Positions 9,593 to 17,749 of a stretch of 40,670 nt of DNA are shown here, in pieces. The notes below the pieces were generated by a model. The model ran no database searches. It saw only the letters and a program-made list of their open reading frames with translations, and was not told the DNA's origin. This DNA is from a virus (taxonomy: Duplodnaviria > Caudoviricetes). The stretch's first letter is position 1. Every line of letters begins with the position of its first letter. Location of the stretch: IMG/VR virus record IMGVR_UViG_3300011339_000273, positions 1 through 40,670 of that record, one strand, 5' to 3'. The position numbers were made by a program, and so were the translations under genes.

Positions 9593-10279
9593 TTAGCAAG
9601 ACCCCGTGAAGCGTTTACCGCGAATAGCCGCACCCGCACCGCGAACAGTACCGCCTGTTTTCATGCCGCCACCGTAGTTCATCTTTTTGACTGCGCCGCC
9701 CATAGCCATCTTGCCGACACCGTCAGCAGCAAAAGAGGGTACTTTCTTACCACCTTTTTCAACCATTTTGATCTTGCCGCCTTTAGCCATCTTATTGGGG
9801 GCATCGTGCTTCTTATCAGCAGCAGATGCCTCATGCTGTTTCATGGTCATGCCAGCTTTCTTAGCCATGGCCTTGTCTTCACGCATATCCTTAGCAGAGC
9901 CTTCTTTCATTTTAACAACTCCCCCTGCGTTACGCCGGGTTACATCACCTTTAGAGCGGGTATGTTCATTTAAAATCCCAATGACTTTGTCATTGCGTTC
10001 CATCTCCTTGAAACTATCCTTTATATTTGTTCCCGGTACAAACCCTGCGGGTTCATCCTTTGGGCGGTTCATTGCGTTGAAGTCCCGTGCGCCTCCGGCC
10101 CTTCCTTTGGCGATGTAATCAAAGGCGGGTTTATCCGGGTTCTCCGCGTCATCTTTTGCATACGCGGCCAGCCTTTTTTGCTTAGCCGCATATGCTTCTG
10201 GGTCTTTTTTAGCGGCAATCTTGTTGCGGGATGCGGTCACGCTTGGGGGTGTTCCGGTTTTTTGCGCAGTCATAGCCAT
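9593..10279 (-). CDS. Basic low-complexity protein with repeated M-x-x-G-G motifs
   Basis: AGGAGG RBS; MAKGG, MAMGG, MNYGG, MKTGG. Confidence 0.75.
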   Translation of the reverse strand: MAMTAQKTGTPPSVTASRNKIAAKKDPEAYAAKQKRLAAYAKDDAENPDKPAFDYIAKGRAGGARDFNAMNRPKDEPAGFVPGTNIKDSFKEMERNDKVIGILNEHTRSKGDVTRRNAGGVVKMKEGSAKDMREDKAMAKKAGMTMKQHEASAADKKHDAPNKMAKGGKIKMVEKGGKKVPSFAADGVGKMAMGGAVKKMNYGGGMKTGGTVRGAGAAIRGKRFTGSC

Positions 10280-10289
10280 GATGGCCTCC

Positions 10290-10607
10290 TTAAGTTGTGG
10301 TTACAGTTACAGTTCCGACAGATCCTTCAGCGTATTGTATAGGGTTCCAAACAGGGTTCCACCCCCAGATAGCGTTTGCTGCGGCCTCTGCAGTGTCAGG
10401 ACGCGGGTCTTTCAGCGCCTGCGGGTCATTGATCTTGAGACGCCCGATATACAACTGCGGATGGTCAGGATCGACAACATCTTTACCCACGCGAAATCCT
10501 GTGCGCCGTCCAAGCTTAATTTCCCAGACAAGTTCGCTCAGCGGGTAACGAAACCCAGTGAGGTCGCAGAATCCAAAAGCTTTACTGCCATGGGCGTATG
10601 CGGGCAT
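10290..10607 (-). CDS. Hypothetical virion protein
   Basis: GFCDLTGFRYPL...DPDHPQL...DPQALKDPRPD motif. Confidence 0.75.
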   Translation of the reverse strand: MPAYAHGSKAFGFCDLTGFRYPLSELVWEIKLGRRTGFRVGKDVVDPDHPQLYIGRLKINDPQALKDPRPDTAEAAANAIWGWNPVWNPIQYAEGSVGTVTVTTT

Positions 10608-10608
10608 C

Positions 10609-11292
10609 TTAGTTCCCCAACATCATGGAGTTGAACGGAGTAAACATAACCGAGGAGCGGTCACGATCTTCATCAGCAGCGAGCGCAAACTGCTCGTCGT
10701 AGATAGCTTTAAGCTGCGGTACTAAGGGCATAGACTGGGGCTTTTTCATGGCGAGGTAATACGCAAGGCCCGCCACAAGGGCAGGCACAAAGCGCGGCGG
10801 AACCGTAGTTGTATTCCCACCGATACCTGAAGCTAGGCCGTCAATCCCTTTGAGGCGGTAGTACGCAACTGTGTACGGCTGGGTGTTGTCTGGCACGGGC
10901 CATAGGGTGAACGTGGTGCTTGTAGCAAGACGCTGCACGAAGATCTGTGTGGGACGGCCCGTGATTAGCTTGTTGGTCTGCTGCGAGTAGGTAGAGACGC
11001 TGATGCGCTCAAGGTAAGTATCTACCTGCGATGTACCTGTTCCTGTACGTAGCTGATGTTCAATTAAATCGATTGTGTCTACCGGGAGCGTGTAAGTGGC
11101 AGTTCCAGAAGTCAGAGCTTGCGTACCAGACTCGATAGTAAACAGGTTCAGGCCCCGGTTCTGCCACTCTAGGGTGAGCAAGTTAAGGCTGCGGCGGGCC
11201 GTTTTTAGGTCATAGCCCGACTGCATTTCGAGGCCAGCACGTTCATAGGCTTCCTCAAACAGTTCTGGCAGATCAGGTACAACAACAGCCAT
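10609..11292 (-). CDS. Head-tail adaptor-like structural protein
   Basis: EEAYERAG...GYDLKTARRSLNLL...WQNRG...GRPTQ...LWPVPD. Confidence 0.7.
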   Translation of the reverse strand: MAVVVPDLPELFEEAYERAGLEMQSGYDLKTARRSLNLLTLEWQNRGLNLFTIESGTQALTSGTATYTLPVDTIDLIEHQLRTGTGTSQVDTYLERISVSTYSQQTNKLITGRPTQIFVQRLATSTTFTLWPVPDNTQPYTVAYYRLKGIDGLASGIGGNTTTVPPRFVPALVAGLAYYLAMKKPQSMPLVPQLKAIYDEQFALAADEDRDRSSVMFTPFNSMMLGN

Positions 11293-11294
11293 AT

Positions 11295-11681
11295 CTACTT
11301 CCTAAACTTTGCCGTCTTAACGGCTATCTTCTTTGGTTGTGCAACGAACTGCTTACCTGCCGCGGTGCCCGCACGCTTTGCCTTTGTAGTCGCAGCATAC
11401 TCTGAAGTAGTTAGAGATTCACGCGCTTTCTTTGGCAGGTAGCGTTCTCCAGTGGGTTTTGGCCCGACAGTAGAGTTTTTACCGCTTTTTGTGCCCCAAT
11501 CCTCTTTACCCCACTTAGATAGGGACTTCTGCCCTGAAGTCTTCTCGCCAGTGTACGCACCGCCCTTGCCTTTGTAGATCTTTCCAGCAAGCTGCATGGC
11601 CCGAGCGGAATGCTTGCCGCCCATTTTGGCTTTTGCCTGCGACTTGGACTGTTCCCACAAGGCTTCGTTTGTGCGGCCCAT
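11295..11681 (-). CDS. Basic hypothetical protein (DUF5872-like)
   Basis: SARAMQLA...YKGKGG.Y...QKSLSKW...TGERYLPKKA motif; family name from recognition only. Confidence 0.65.
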   Translation of the reverse strand: MGRTNEALWEQSKSQAKAKMGGKHSARAMQLAGKIYKGKGGAYTGEKTSGQKSLSKWGKEDWGTKSGKNSTVGPKPTGERYLPKKARESLTTSEYAATTKAKRAGTAAGKQFVAQPKKIAVKTAKFRK

Positions 11682-11684
11682 AAC

Positions 11685-12008
11685 CTAGTACACCTTTGCG
11701 CCAGATTTACCGCGGGTTGCACAGCCGCAGCCGCGTACAGAACCACCTTTTTTCATCGCCCGCACGGGGCCAGCCATGCTTGGCATAGGGGGCGTACCCT
11801 GAGAGTAAGTTGCGGGGTTAGTAGGCACGATGCGGGAGGGGGCGTTTGTAGCCATTTTCATGCCGCCTTGCTGCGCCATATCCGCAATGTCGCGCCCGCG
11901 CTGGTTTGTCATATCCGAAGGGGTGGGCATCCCACCCGTAGCCATTTTCTTAGCCTTTTGGCGGTTGCCAAAGAGCTCTTTCATCATGCTGCCGCGACCG
12001 ATTGCCAT
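11685..12008 (-). CDS. Small basic protein with M-x-x-G-G motifs
   Basis: AGGAG RBS; MATGG, MKKGGSVRGCGCATRGK. Confidence 0.7.
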   Translation of the reverse strand: MAIGRGSMMKELFGNRQKAKKMATGGMPTPSDMTNQRGRDIADMAQQGGMKMATNAPSRIVPTNPATYSQGTPPMPSMAGPVRAMKKGGSVRGCGCATRGKSGAKVY

Positions 12009-12017
12009 CTTACTCTC

Positions 12018-12272
12018 CTAGCATTTCCACGCCCGAAGGCTTTTGTTGATACGGCTATTGGGATCGTTAGCCGTCTTAGCGCTTGTAAGTTTCTTCTTCA
12101 TACCCGTCATTCTGGCACAAAAAGAGGCTTTGCGTGGGCCACCTTCTGGCTGTGGAGCCTTCAACCCCGGCTTACCGGGATTGGCCTTGTTGTATGAGGC
12201 GCGACCCTTGGCATTGAGACCGCCAGCAGGGTTCTTGCCTTCTTTGCGGGTCCACGCCGGGGTCTTAGCCAT
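12018..12272 (-). CDS. Small basic hypothetical protein (DUF6321-like)
   Basis: PAWTRKEGKNPAGGLNAKGRASY...SFCARM...W.C; start taken at MAKTP. Confidence 0.65.
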   Translation of the reverse strand: MAKTPAWTRKEGKNPAGGLNAKGRASYNKANPGKPGLKAPQPEGGPRKASFCARMTGMKKKLTSAKTANDPNSRINKSLRAWKC

Positions 12273-12555
12273 AATACACAGTGACACTGGTGACGTTGGT
12301 CAGGACTGCGTAAATATTTGAGCCGCAGAGAACGCCCTCGCCCGGAATCAAGTTATAGAATGGTGCTGGGGTTGTGGTGCTTGGGATGTCTAACTCAACC
12401 AATGTTGTGCCCCCAGAGCCTCCATCCTTCAGAACCAGTTTTCCAGCAAGGGCTGAGGTAGGGCAGATCGAAAAAGCCTTAATGCGGGAACGGTTACCAA
12501 AAACAGAGCCAGAGGCAGTAAGGTATGTAGATTTTACGTCAGTTTGCATCGACAT
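12265..12555 (-). CDS. Small virion structural protein
   Basis: 96 aa beta-rich, AGGAG RBS, ends VTVYYG. Confidence 0.7.
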   Translation of the reverse strand: MSMQTDVKSTYLTASGSVFGNRSRIKAFSICPTSALAGKLVLKDGGSGGTTLVELDIPSTTTPAPFYNLIPGEGVLCGSNIYAVLTNVTSVTVYYG

Positions 12556-12579
12556 CGAAGTCTCCTAAGCATTGAGGAT

Positions 12580-12600
12580 ACGGCCCCACTAGGGGGCCGT
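12580..12600. terminator. Intergenic GC hairpin (possible terminator/stabiliser)
   Basis: acggcccc/ggggccgt stem; no strong U-tract on the minus strand. Confidence 0.45.
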
Positions 12601-12610
12601 TCTATGTCAA

Positions 12611-13072
12611 TTACACCAAATCATGCGCTTGGATGTAGCGAACGGTGATAGTCCCCACGCCAGCGCCAGTGTTTGCTGACAGAACGAAGATGCGCTTGTC
12701 GGCGGTGCCCGTGTCATCCCAGTTTGCTGTACGGGTTCCGTCAGTGCCGGGAGTCAATGCTGCCAAACCGATTGCGCCGCTGGTCACGCCAGCAGAAACA
12801 AGCTCCGTAGCGGTTGCGCTTGTACCAACGCTGATGGTGGTAGCAACGCCCGACCAAGCAACTGTTGAAAGAAGCTGGATGTTTAAGATGTGGCTATTTG
12901 CCGGAAGCACAATGGTGGTTGAAAGTGCTGTGGCGCTGTCTGCTTGCGTGACCGCGTACACTTGTACCATGACAACAGAGCCAACGTTTTTCACGTTGGT
13001 TCCAAGGGTAGTACCCGTGGTGTCATAGATGTTGCCAGCGCGGAGTGGGCCGGAGAAAGTAGATTTACCCAT
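12611..13072 (-). CDS. Capsid decoration/minor structural protein
   Basis: Start MGKSTFSGP (AAGGA RBS); TIVLPANSHILNI...ISVGTS motif. Confidence 0.7.
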   Translation of the reverse strand: MGKSTFSGPLRAGNIYDTTGTTLGTNVKNVGSVVMVQVYAVTQADSATALSTTIVLPANSHILNIQLLSTVAWSGVATTISVGTSATATELVSAGVTSGAIGLAALTPGTDGTRTANWDDTGTADKRIFVLSANTGAGVGTITVRYIQAHDLV

Positions 13073-13170
13073 TTTGGGTTCCTTTGCACAATGGGCCACT
13101 CTGTCTGTGCAAAGTCCGCTGGGCGCGGTCAGGGTGGCAATTAGACCCAGTACTAGTGCAGTGTACACTA

Positions 13171-14016
13171 CTACAGACGATGGAACAACCACCCTTTGTA
13201 TTTACCCTTAGCCAACGGTGCGCCAGACTCCAACGCACGGTGTACGGTTGGCGGTGTTAACCCCATACCCGCACGAAGAAGCGTTATAGTCCCGTATACG
13301 TGCTTTACCCCCTCGGGAGAAACAGCGGCAACCACCGTACCCATCTTTAGTCGACTCTCTTCTGTGTGCGTCTTCCCCAGCCAGTTTTGGTTGCCCTTGA
13401 TAGCCTCCGACAGCTTTTGGCGGTGTTCTTCAGTTCGCACATGCCCTTTAGCGTTCTGGTTGCCCTGCAGCGAAGTCGACATTTTTGCCCGGGTTTCTTC
13501 GGACGGTATAAACTTTCCTCCCTTACCTAGATCAAGCGCTGCCTGTACCTTTTCACTGATTTTGGCCTTGGTTTTCTCTGAGTGGGTTCGCCCAGTGCGC
13601 GGGTCGGCCTCTCTCCATTGGCGGGTGGTAGCAGCGCGTAACGCCTCTTTTATGTCGTCGGAATGCGTCTTACCAAAATTCGGGTGTAGCGCGCCTTTAT
13701 TACGCCACGGAGTAGTTGCGCTCACCGACAAGTTACAGCACAGCGGATCGGATATAGCTGCCATCAACAACGACTCTTCACAGAGTTCCATATCCTGAAT
13801 GCCGTCGAACTCGGCAATAATGACGAAGGAAAAGGCGGACTCCCCATGCTTACGCCACGAAGCCTGTAGCTGGGGGTTTGGGTGAGTACCCGCCCGAAGC
13901 TTCGTCCGGTGAGTACGCCACCGTTCATATAAGTTCGTGCTGCTCCCGATATAGTACGAACCACTAACGGTGTTCACTATCCGGTATACAGCAAGTTTTT
14001 TAGCGGCTTTTGACAC
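13171..14016 (-). CDS. GIY-YIG homing endonuclease with NUMOD3 repeats
   Basis: AVYRIVN...YYIGSS...R...H; repeated HSEKTKAKIS/HTEESRLKM; GTG start with AGGAG. Confidence 0.92.
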   Translation of the reverse strand: MSKAAKKLAVYRIVNTVSGSYYIGSSTNLYERWRTHRTKLRAGTHPNPQLQASWRKHGESAFSFVIIAEFDGIQDMELCEESLLMAAISDPLCCNLSVSATTPWRNKGALHPNFGKTHSDDIKEALRAATTRQWREADPRTGRTHSEKTKAKISEKVQAALDLGKGGKFIPSEETRAKMSTSLQGNQNAKGHVRTEEHRQKLSEAIKGNQNWLGKTHTEESRLKMGTVVAAVSPEGVKHVYGTITLLRAGMGLTPPTVHRALESGAPLAKGKYKGWLFHRL

Positions 14017-14085
14017 GGGTAACTCCTACAAGATATAAGTCCTAGTAGCGCTAGTTATGCCTTGTAGATTACTTGGGGTCAAGAG

Positions 14086-14112
14086 AAAAGAAAAGGCCCG
14101 CCGAAGCGGGCC
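14086..14112 (-). terminator. Rho-independent terminator after major capsid gene
   Basis: GGCCCGC-TTCG-GCGGGCC followed by TTTTCTTTT on minus strand. Confidence 0.9.
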
Positions 14113-14133
14113 TAACTACTTGATTTTATTGGT

Positions 14134-15039
14134 TTATGCCCCAGGGCAACCGTAAATTCCCAACGGATCTGACACCCCGAACGAGTAACGCTCACGAGCC
14201 TTATAGCGAACGTTGCCTGTGTCAAAATCACCATCCATTGCAGTCGTCATAGCAGTACGCACAAAGTGCTTCATGCCATTCGGAACGTCAGTGGTCAGGA
14301 ACCAAGCGTCATTGTCGGTGAAGTAGTGGTTGATAGCATAACCACCGGGGATTGCACCGTTGTTCCGCAATGCGTTGATGTCATTGTCGGCGGTCCCCAC
14401 ACGCTGTTCCGTCTCAAGCAGACGGGTAGCGATGAACTGCGAGGACGACGGAATGATCAGCTTGCGCGGGCGAGCAGCAATCAGCAGACCACGTTCGTCT
14501 TTGAACGCAGCGATGTCGATCACGGCCTGCTCGAGAGCAGTCTCATTCAGGTCAACGTCAGTGGTGGGGCGGTTGGAGTTAGTGATACCCGACACTGTGG
14601 GGTGCGCAGTGCTGAACAGAGTAACACCGTCACCAGAAGTGAAGGTGGTGAAGCCTGTGTTCAACAACGATGCCGCCTTGACTTGCTTCGTGTAGGCCAT
14701 GGCGCGAGCCAAAGCTTTCGTGTAGCGAGCCGACAGCGAATCGTACAGGTTGTCTTCCATCGCTTCTTCGGTGATGGCGAAACCCATAGCCACGGTCTCG
14801 TGCGTATAACGAGCCGTGAACGCTTCCTGTGCGTTGTCGTAAGTGATTGCAGAACCTTCGTTTTTCACAGGAGCTGCGCCAAAACCCGACAGCTTTTGCT
14901 CCTCCTCGAATGAACGTTCTGAGGATTCGGTATCATAGATTTCCGTGTGCTCGTTTTCGTACTTCTTGTATTCCAGACCGAACAGAGCGTTCAGCCCGGG
15001 AAGAAGTTCTTTGAGAGCCTGTGCGCGTGAAATTGCCAT
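14134..15039 (-). CDS. Major capsid protein
   Basis: MAISRAQALKELLPGLNALFGLEY...DFDTGNVRYKARERYSFGVSDP; followed by a strong terminator. Confidence 0.9.
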   Translation of the reverse strand: MAISRAQALKELLPGLNALFGLEYKKYENEHTEIYDTESSERSFEEEQKLSGFGAAPVKNEGSAITYDNAQEAFTARYTHETVAMGFAITEEAMEDNLYDSLSARYTKALARAMAYTKQVKAASLLNTGFTTFTSGDGVTLFSTAHPTVSGITNSNRPTTDVDLNETALEQAVIDIAAFKDERGLLIAARPRKLIIPSSSQFIATRLLETEQRVGTADNDINALRNNGAIPGGYAINHYFTDNDAWFLTTDVPNGMKHFVRTAMTTAMDGDFDTGNVRYKARERYSFGVSDPLGIYGCPGA

Positions 15040-15054
15040 TTGTCAGCCCTCCTA

Positions 15055-15729
15055 TCAAACGCCGAGCGAGTTATAATAAGAATGAACACCTACGTTCAGC
15101 TTTACGATGAACTCAGGATAATCATCCGACTCAGTACCGCGAACAACGTCAACAATACGCAGAGCGAGAGTCGAAGTTGCAGCGAGCGAAGCACCGTTAG
15201 TGCCAACGGTCAGAACAAAGCTAGAGACGCCAGTCGTAGCGTTGCCGCCCGAACCAAAGCCAAGAGCGGCGTTCTTGCCGATAGCGCCCGGCCAACCAGA
15301 GCCAGCAGTGCCCGAGTTGAAGGTGCCCAAAGCTGCCGAACCCTTGATCTGGAACAGAGCGTCCGGGTCATCCATGACCATGACGAACACTTCAGTGCCC
15401 GACACTGAGTTGGTCACAGCGTTTGCTGGCAAGAAGTTATAGTAAACAGGCTGCTTGGTAGCATTGTTTACGTAACGAGCGCCAACACAGACGCCAACAA
15501 TACCCGCAGTAGCATCTGCAGAAGTTGCCGGAATCTTCGTCGAAACAGGTGAAGTAGTGACAACAGCCGAAGGCTGACCAGCCGACGACAGGACGACGAG
15601 GTCGCCATTGAAGATTGCTGCGGAGTTGTTCGCAGCGACTTTGTATTCGCGGATAACACCGCCATTGTAGGACTGACCGCCGATAAGATTCTGCGGTTTA
15701 AATCCGTAACCAGTAGCAACAGAAGACAT
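15055..15729 (-). CDS. Capsid cement/decoration protein
   Basis: YGFKP...AIFNGDLV...GIVGV.VG...DDPDALFQI; directly upstream of capsid gene. Confidence 0.7.
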   Translation of the reverse strand: MSSVATGYGFKPQNLIGGQSYNGGVIREYKVAANNSAAIFNGDLVVLSSAGQPSAVVTTSPVSTKIPATSADATAGIVGVCVGARYVNNATKQPVYYNFLPANAVTNSVSGTEVFVMVMDDPDALFQIKGSAALGTFNSGTAGSGWPGAIGKNAALGFGSGGNATTGVSSFVLTVGTNGASLAATSTLALRIVDVVRGTESDDYPEFIVKLNVGVHSYYNSLGV

Positions 15730-15765
15730 ATGTCTACTCCATGCTTAGTGCGGAACTAGATAAGG

Positions 15766-16212
15766 TTAACCCTTACCAAACGTAGTGCGGGACGAACGCT
15801 CTGGCGCGAGGACAGGCATCCGTGGGTCAGATTCGCGGAGGTAGTTACGATCCACGGCTTCCATCTGAGCTTGAGCTTCAGCGGCTTGGCCATAGGTACG
15901 GTCCTCTGCAAGGTCGGCAGAAATTGCACAGAGCAAGAGACCACCGACTTCAATGTTCTCAGGAAAGCGCGAGTCGATATCAGTCATAATATGCAACTCG
16001 GGAAACTCAATCGCCTTTACAGGCACATAGCCCTCACGGAAGCGTTTGGACACATTCGTCATATCACCCTGACCCAAGGCGGCTGTGCGAACCCAACGGA
16101 ATTTCATTCCGGGACGGGGCTCGGGGGTCGGCAACATAGACTGCCGCTTCCAAGAACTTTTACGCTCTGTGGCTTCGCGGGACTGTGCAACACGTGGTGT
16201 ACGTTCAACCAT
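15766..16212 (-). CDS. Conserved hypothetical head-module protein
   Basis: Start MVERT (AAGGA RBS); PEPRPG..FRWVR...REGY.PV...IEVGGLLLC. Confidence 0.75.
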   Translation of the reverse strand: MVERTPRVAQSREATERKSSWKRQSMLPTPEPRPGMKFRWVRTAALGQGDMTNVSKRFREGYVPVKAIEFPELHIMTDIDSRFPENIEVGGLLLCAISADLAEDRTYGQAAEAQAQMEAVDRNYLRESDPRMPVLAPERSSRTTFGKG

Positions 16213-17110
16213 TATACGATTCCTTGAGGAGTTGCGCCGCATAAATTTCAGGTTTTAGACCCAGACGCTTGGCGAGTGCGACCTGAGTAGAGGTCAAGAC
16301 AACTTTGCGGGGTGTAGAGTTGGTCTGACGACCAGCAGGAGCCACCACGGAACTCATCTGACGACGAGGAGTCCTATCCTCAGTTTTCCCATCGTCAAAC
16401 TTATCTGCAAACACGCGGCGAACCGATGTGTTTATTTGATTATAGTATTCTTCGCTATCTGGCGCAACACCTTGCTTGACAAGACGTTCATGCACGCCAT
16501 AAGCGAAGCCCGTCATCTCCTCGTCGTCACCAAACCATGGGTTTTCTTGAGCCCAACCCTCTGCACGAGACGAGGGGCGTGGAATTGAGGGACGTTGCAC
16601 GGGGGCTTGCGTCTGTTGTTCTTGTGTCGGACGCTGCGGGCGGAATGAGTGAACACGAGATTCCTCGGTCTTCAAATCCATCATGCGGGTTTGCGCTTCA
16701 GTCAGTGCATCCCCATCACCAGACTCATAAGCGGCCTTGAACTGCGCCTTAGCCTGTTCAAGCGCTGTACCAATGCGCTGCTTAGCCTGATCAAGCGACA
16801 CATCTTCTGTTGCTTCCAGACGGCGGGCCATATGGTCCCGTTCTGCTTTTAGCTTCAGCGCGACATTGATAGCTTCTTCGCGTAGACGCCCATCTTCTTC
16901 CCGAGCACGGCGCTCGGCATGGTAGTCATACTTCAGTTTGTTAATACGTTTCTTAACCTTGTCGGAATACCCTTCAAGATCTTCGTCATCATCAGACGCA
17001 CCCTGCGTACCCGTAGCTTTCGGCTTACCGCGGTCAGGTTCTGGCGTATCGTCGATGATTTCCAGCTCGATTTCGCCTTCGTCATCGTCATTTTGATTAT
17101 CGGTATTCAT
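16205..17110 (-). CDS. Scaffolding protein
   Basis: Acidic N-terminus, coiled-coil, W..ENPWFG, C-terminal LTSTQVALAKRLGL; between portal and capsid. Confidence 0.75.
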   Translation of the reverse strand: MNTDNQNDDDEGEIELEIIDDTPEPDRGKPKATGTQGASDDDEDLEGYSDKVKKRINKLKYDYHAERRAREEDGRLREEAINVALKLKAERDHMARRLEATEDVSLDQAKQRIGTALEQAKAQFKAAYESGDGDALTEAQTRMMDLKTEESRVHSFRPQRPTQEQQTQAPVQRPSIPRPSSRAEGWAQENPWFGDDEEMTGFAYGVHERLVKQGVAPDSEEYYNQINTSVRRVFADKFDDGKTEDRTPRRQMSSVVAPAGRQTNSTPRKVVLTSTQVALAKRLGLKPEIYAAQLLKESYNG

Positions 17111-17475
17111 GCGCGGCTATACCCCCTTGGGTCTTCGACAACTGCTTCCACAGTGTCATCATTGATAAGGCGGAACTCTTTACCCGACACTTTAAAGCGT
17201 GTGCCTGAGTAAGAACGGAAGATGATAAAGTCGCCTTCAGCGCAGTAAGGGCCATTCGGGAACTTAGCTTTGTCCACGTAGCACTCTGAGCCGAGTTTGA
17301 TCACGTACCCCACAACGGAGGCCGTTTCTTCTTCGCGTTTAAGTTTATCGGGGATAAATACGCCGCCCTTGGTGGTGTCACTTAGCTCGGGCACTGCGAT
17401 TAGGATGTGGTAACCCACTGGGTTAGGTAGCTTCGCAAGGACTTCTGCGTCATCGACTTTGTCAGCCGTATACAT
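17107..17475 (-). CDS. groES: Co-chaperonin GroES-like protein
   Basis: P.GYHILI...TKGGVFIP...GD..IFRSYSGT...EFRLINDD.V.AVV. Confidence 0.9.
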   Translation of the reverse strand: MYTADKVDDAEVLAKLPNPVGYHILIAVPELSDTTKGGVFIPDKLKREEETASVVGYVIKLGSECYVDKAKFPNGPYCAEGDFIIFRSYSGTRFKVSGKEFRLINDDTVEAVVEDPRGYSRA

Positions 17476-17560
17476 TTTAATCTCCGCAACAGTTTTAGGT
17501 ACTGTCGTTACCTTGCGTGGAACTACTCCACGATGCAGTTAAGTAGTAAGCTAAGTTATC

Positions 17561-17749
17561 CTACAGTTCAACATACCTTTTCTCTATGTCTTTGATATCT
17601 GCTTCAGTGTCGTTCAGTGCAGCGTACTCACCTACCAAACGGCAGTAATCCTCAAAGTTCTTAGCCCCGCCAATGGCGAGGCCCTGTTCGATGTGTTCTT
17701 TACGCTCAGCAATGCGCCGCAGGAGGGCCAGAAAAATATCACTTTCCAT
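17561..17749 (-). CDS. Small hypothetical protein
   Basis: 62 aa, L..GGAKNFEDY..LVG motif, overlaps portal end. Confidence 0.65.
   Translation of the reverse strand: MESDIFLALLRRIAERKEHIEQGLAIGGAKNFEDYCRLVGEYAALNDTEADIKDIEKRYVEL

Noticed and set aside
8957-9973. 338-aa plus-strand ORF (likewise 30054-31115 minus and other long antisense ORFs)
   Set aside because: Overlap well-supported genes on the opposite strand and show no recognisable motifs
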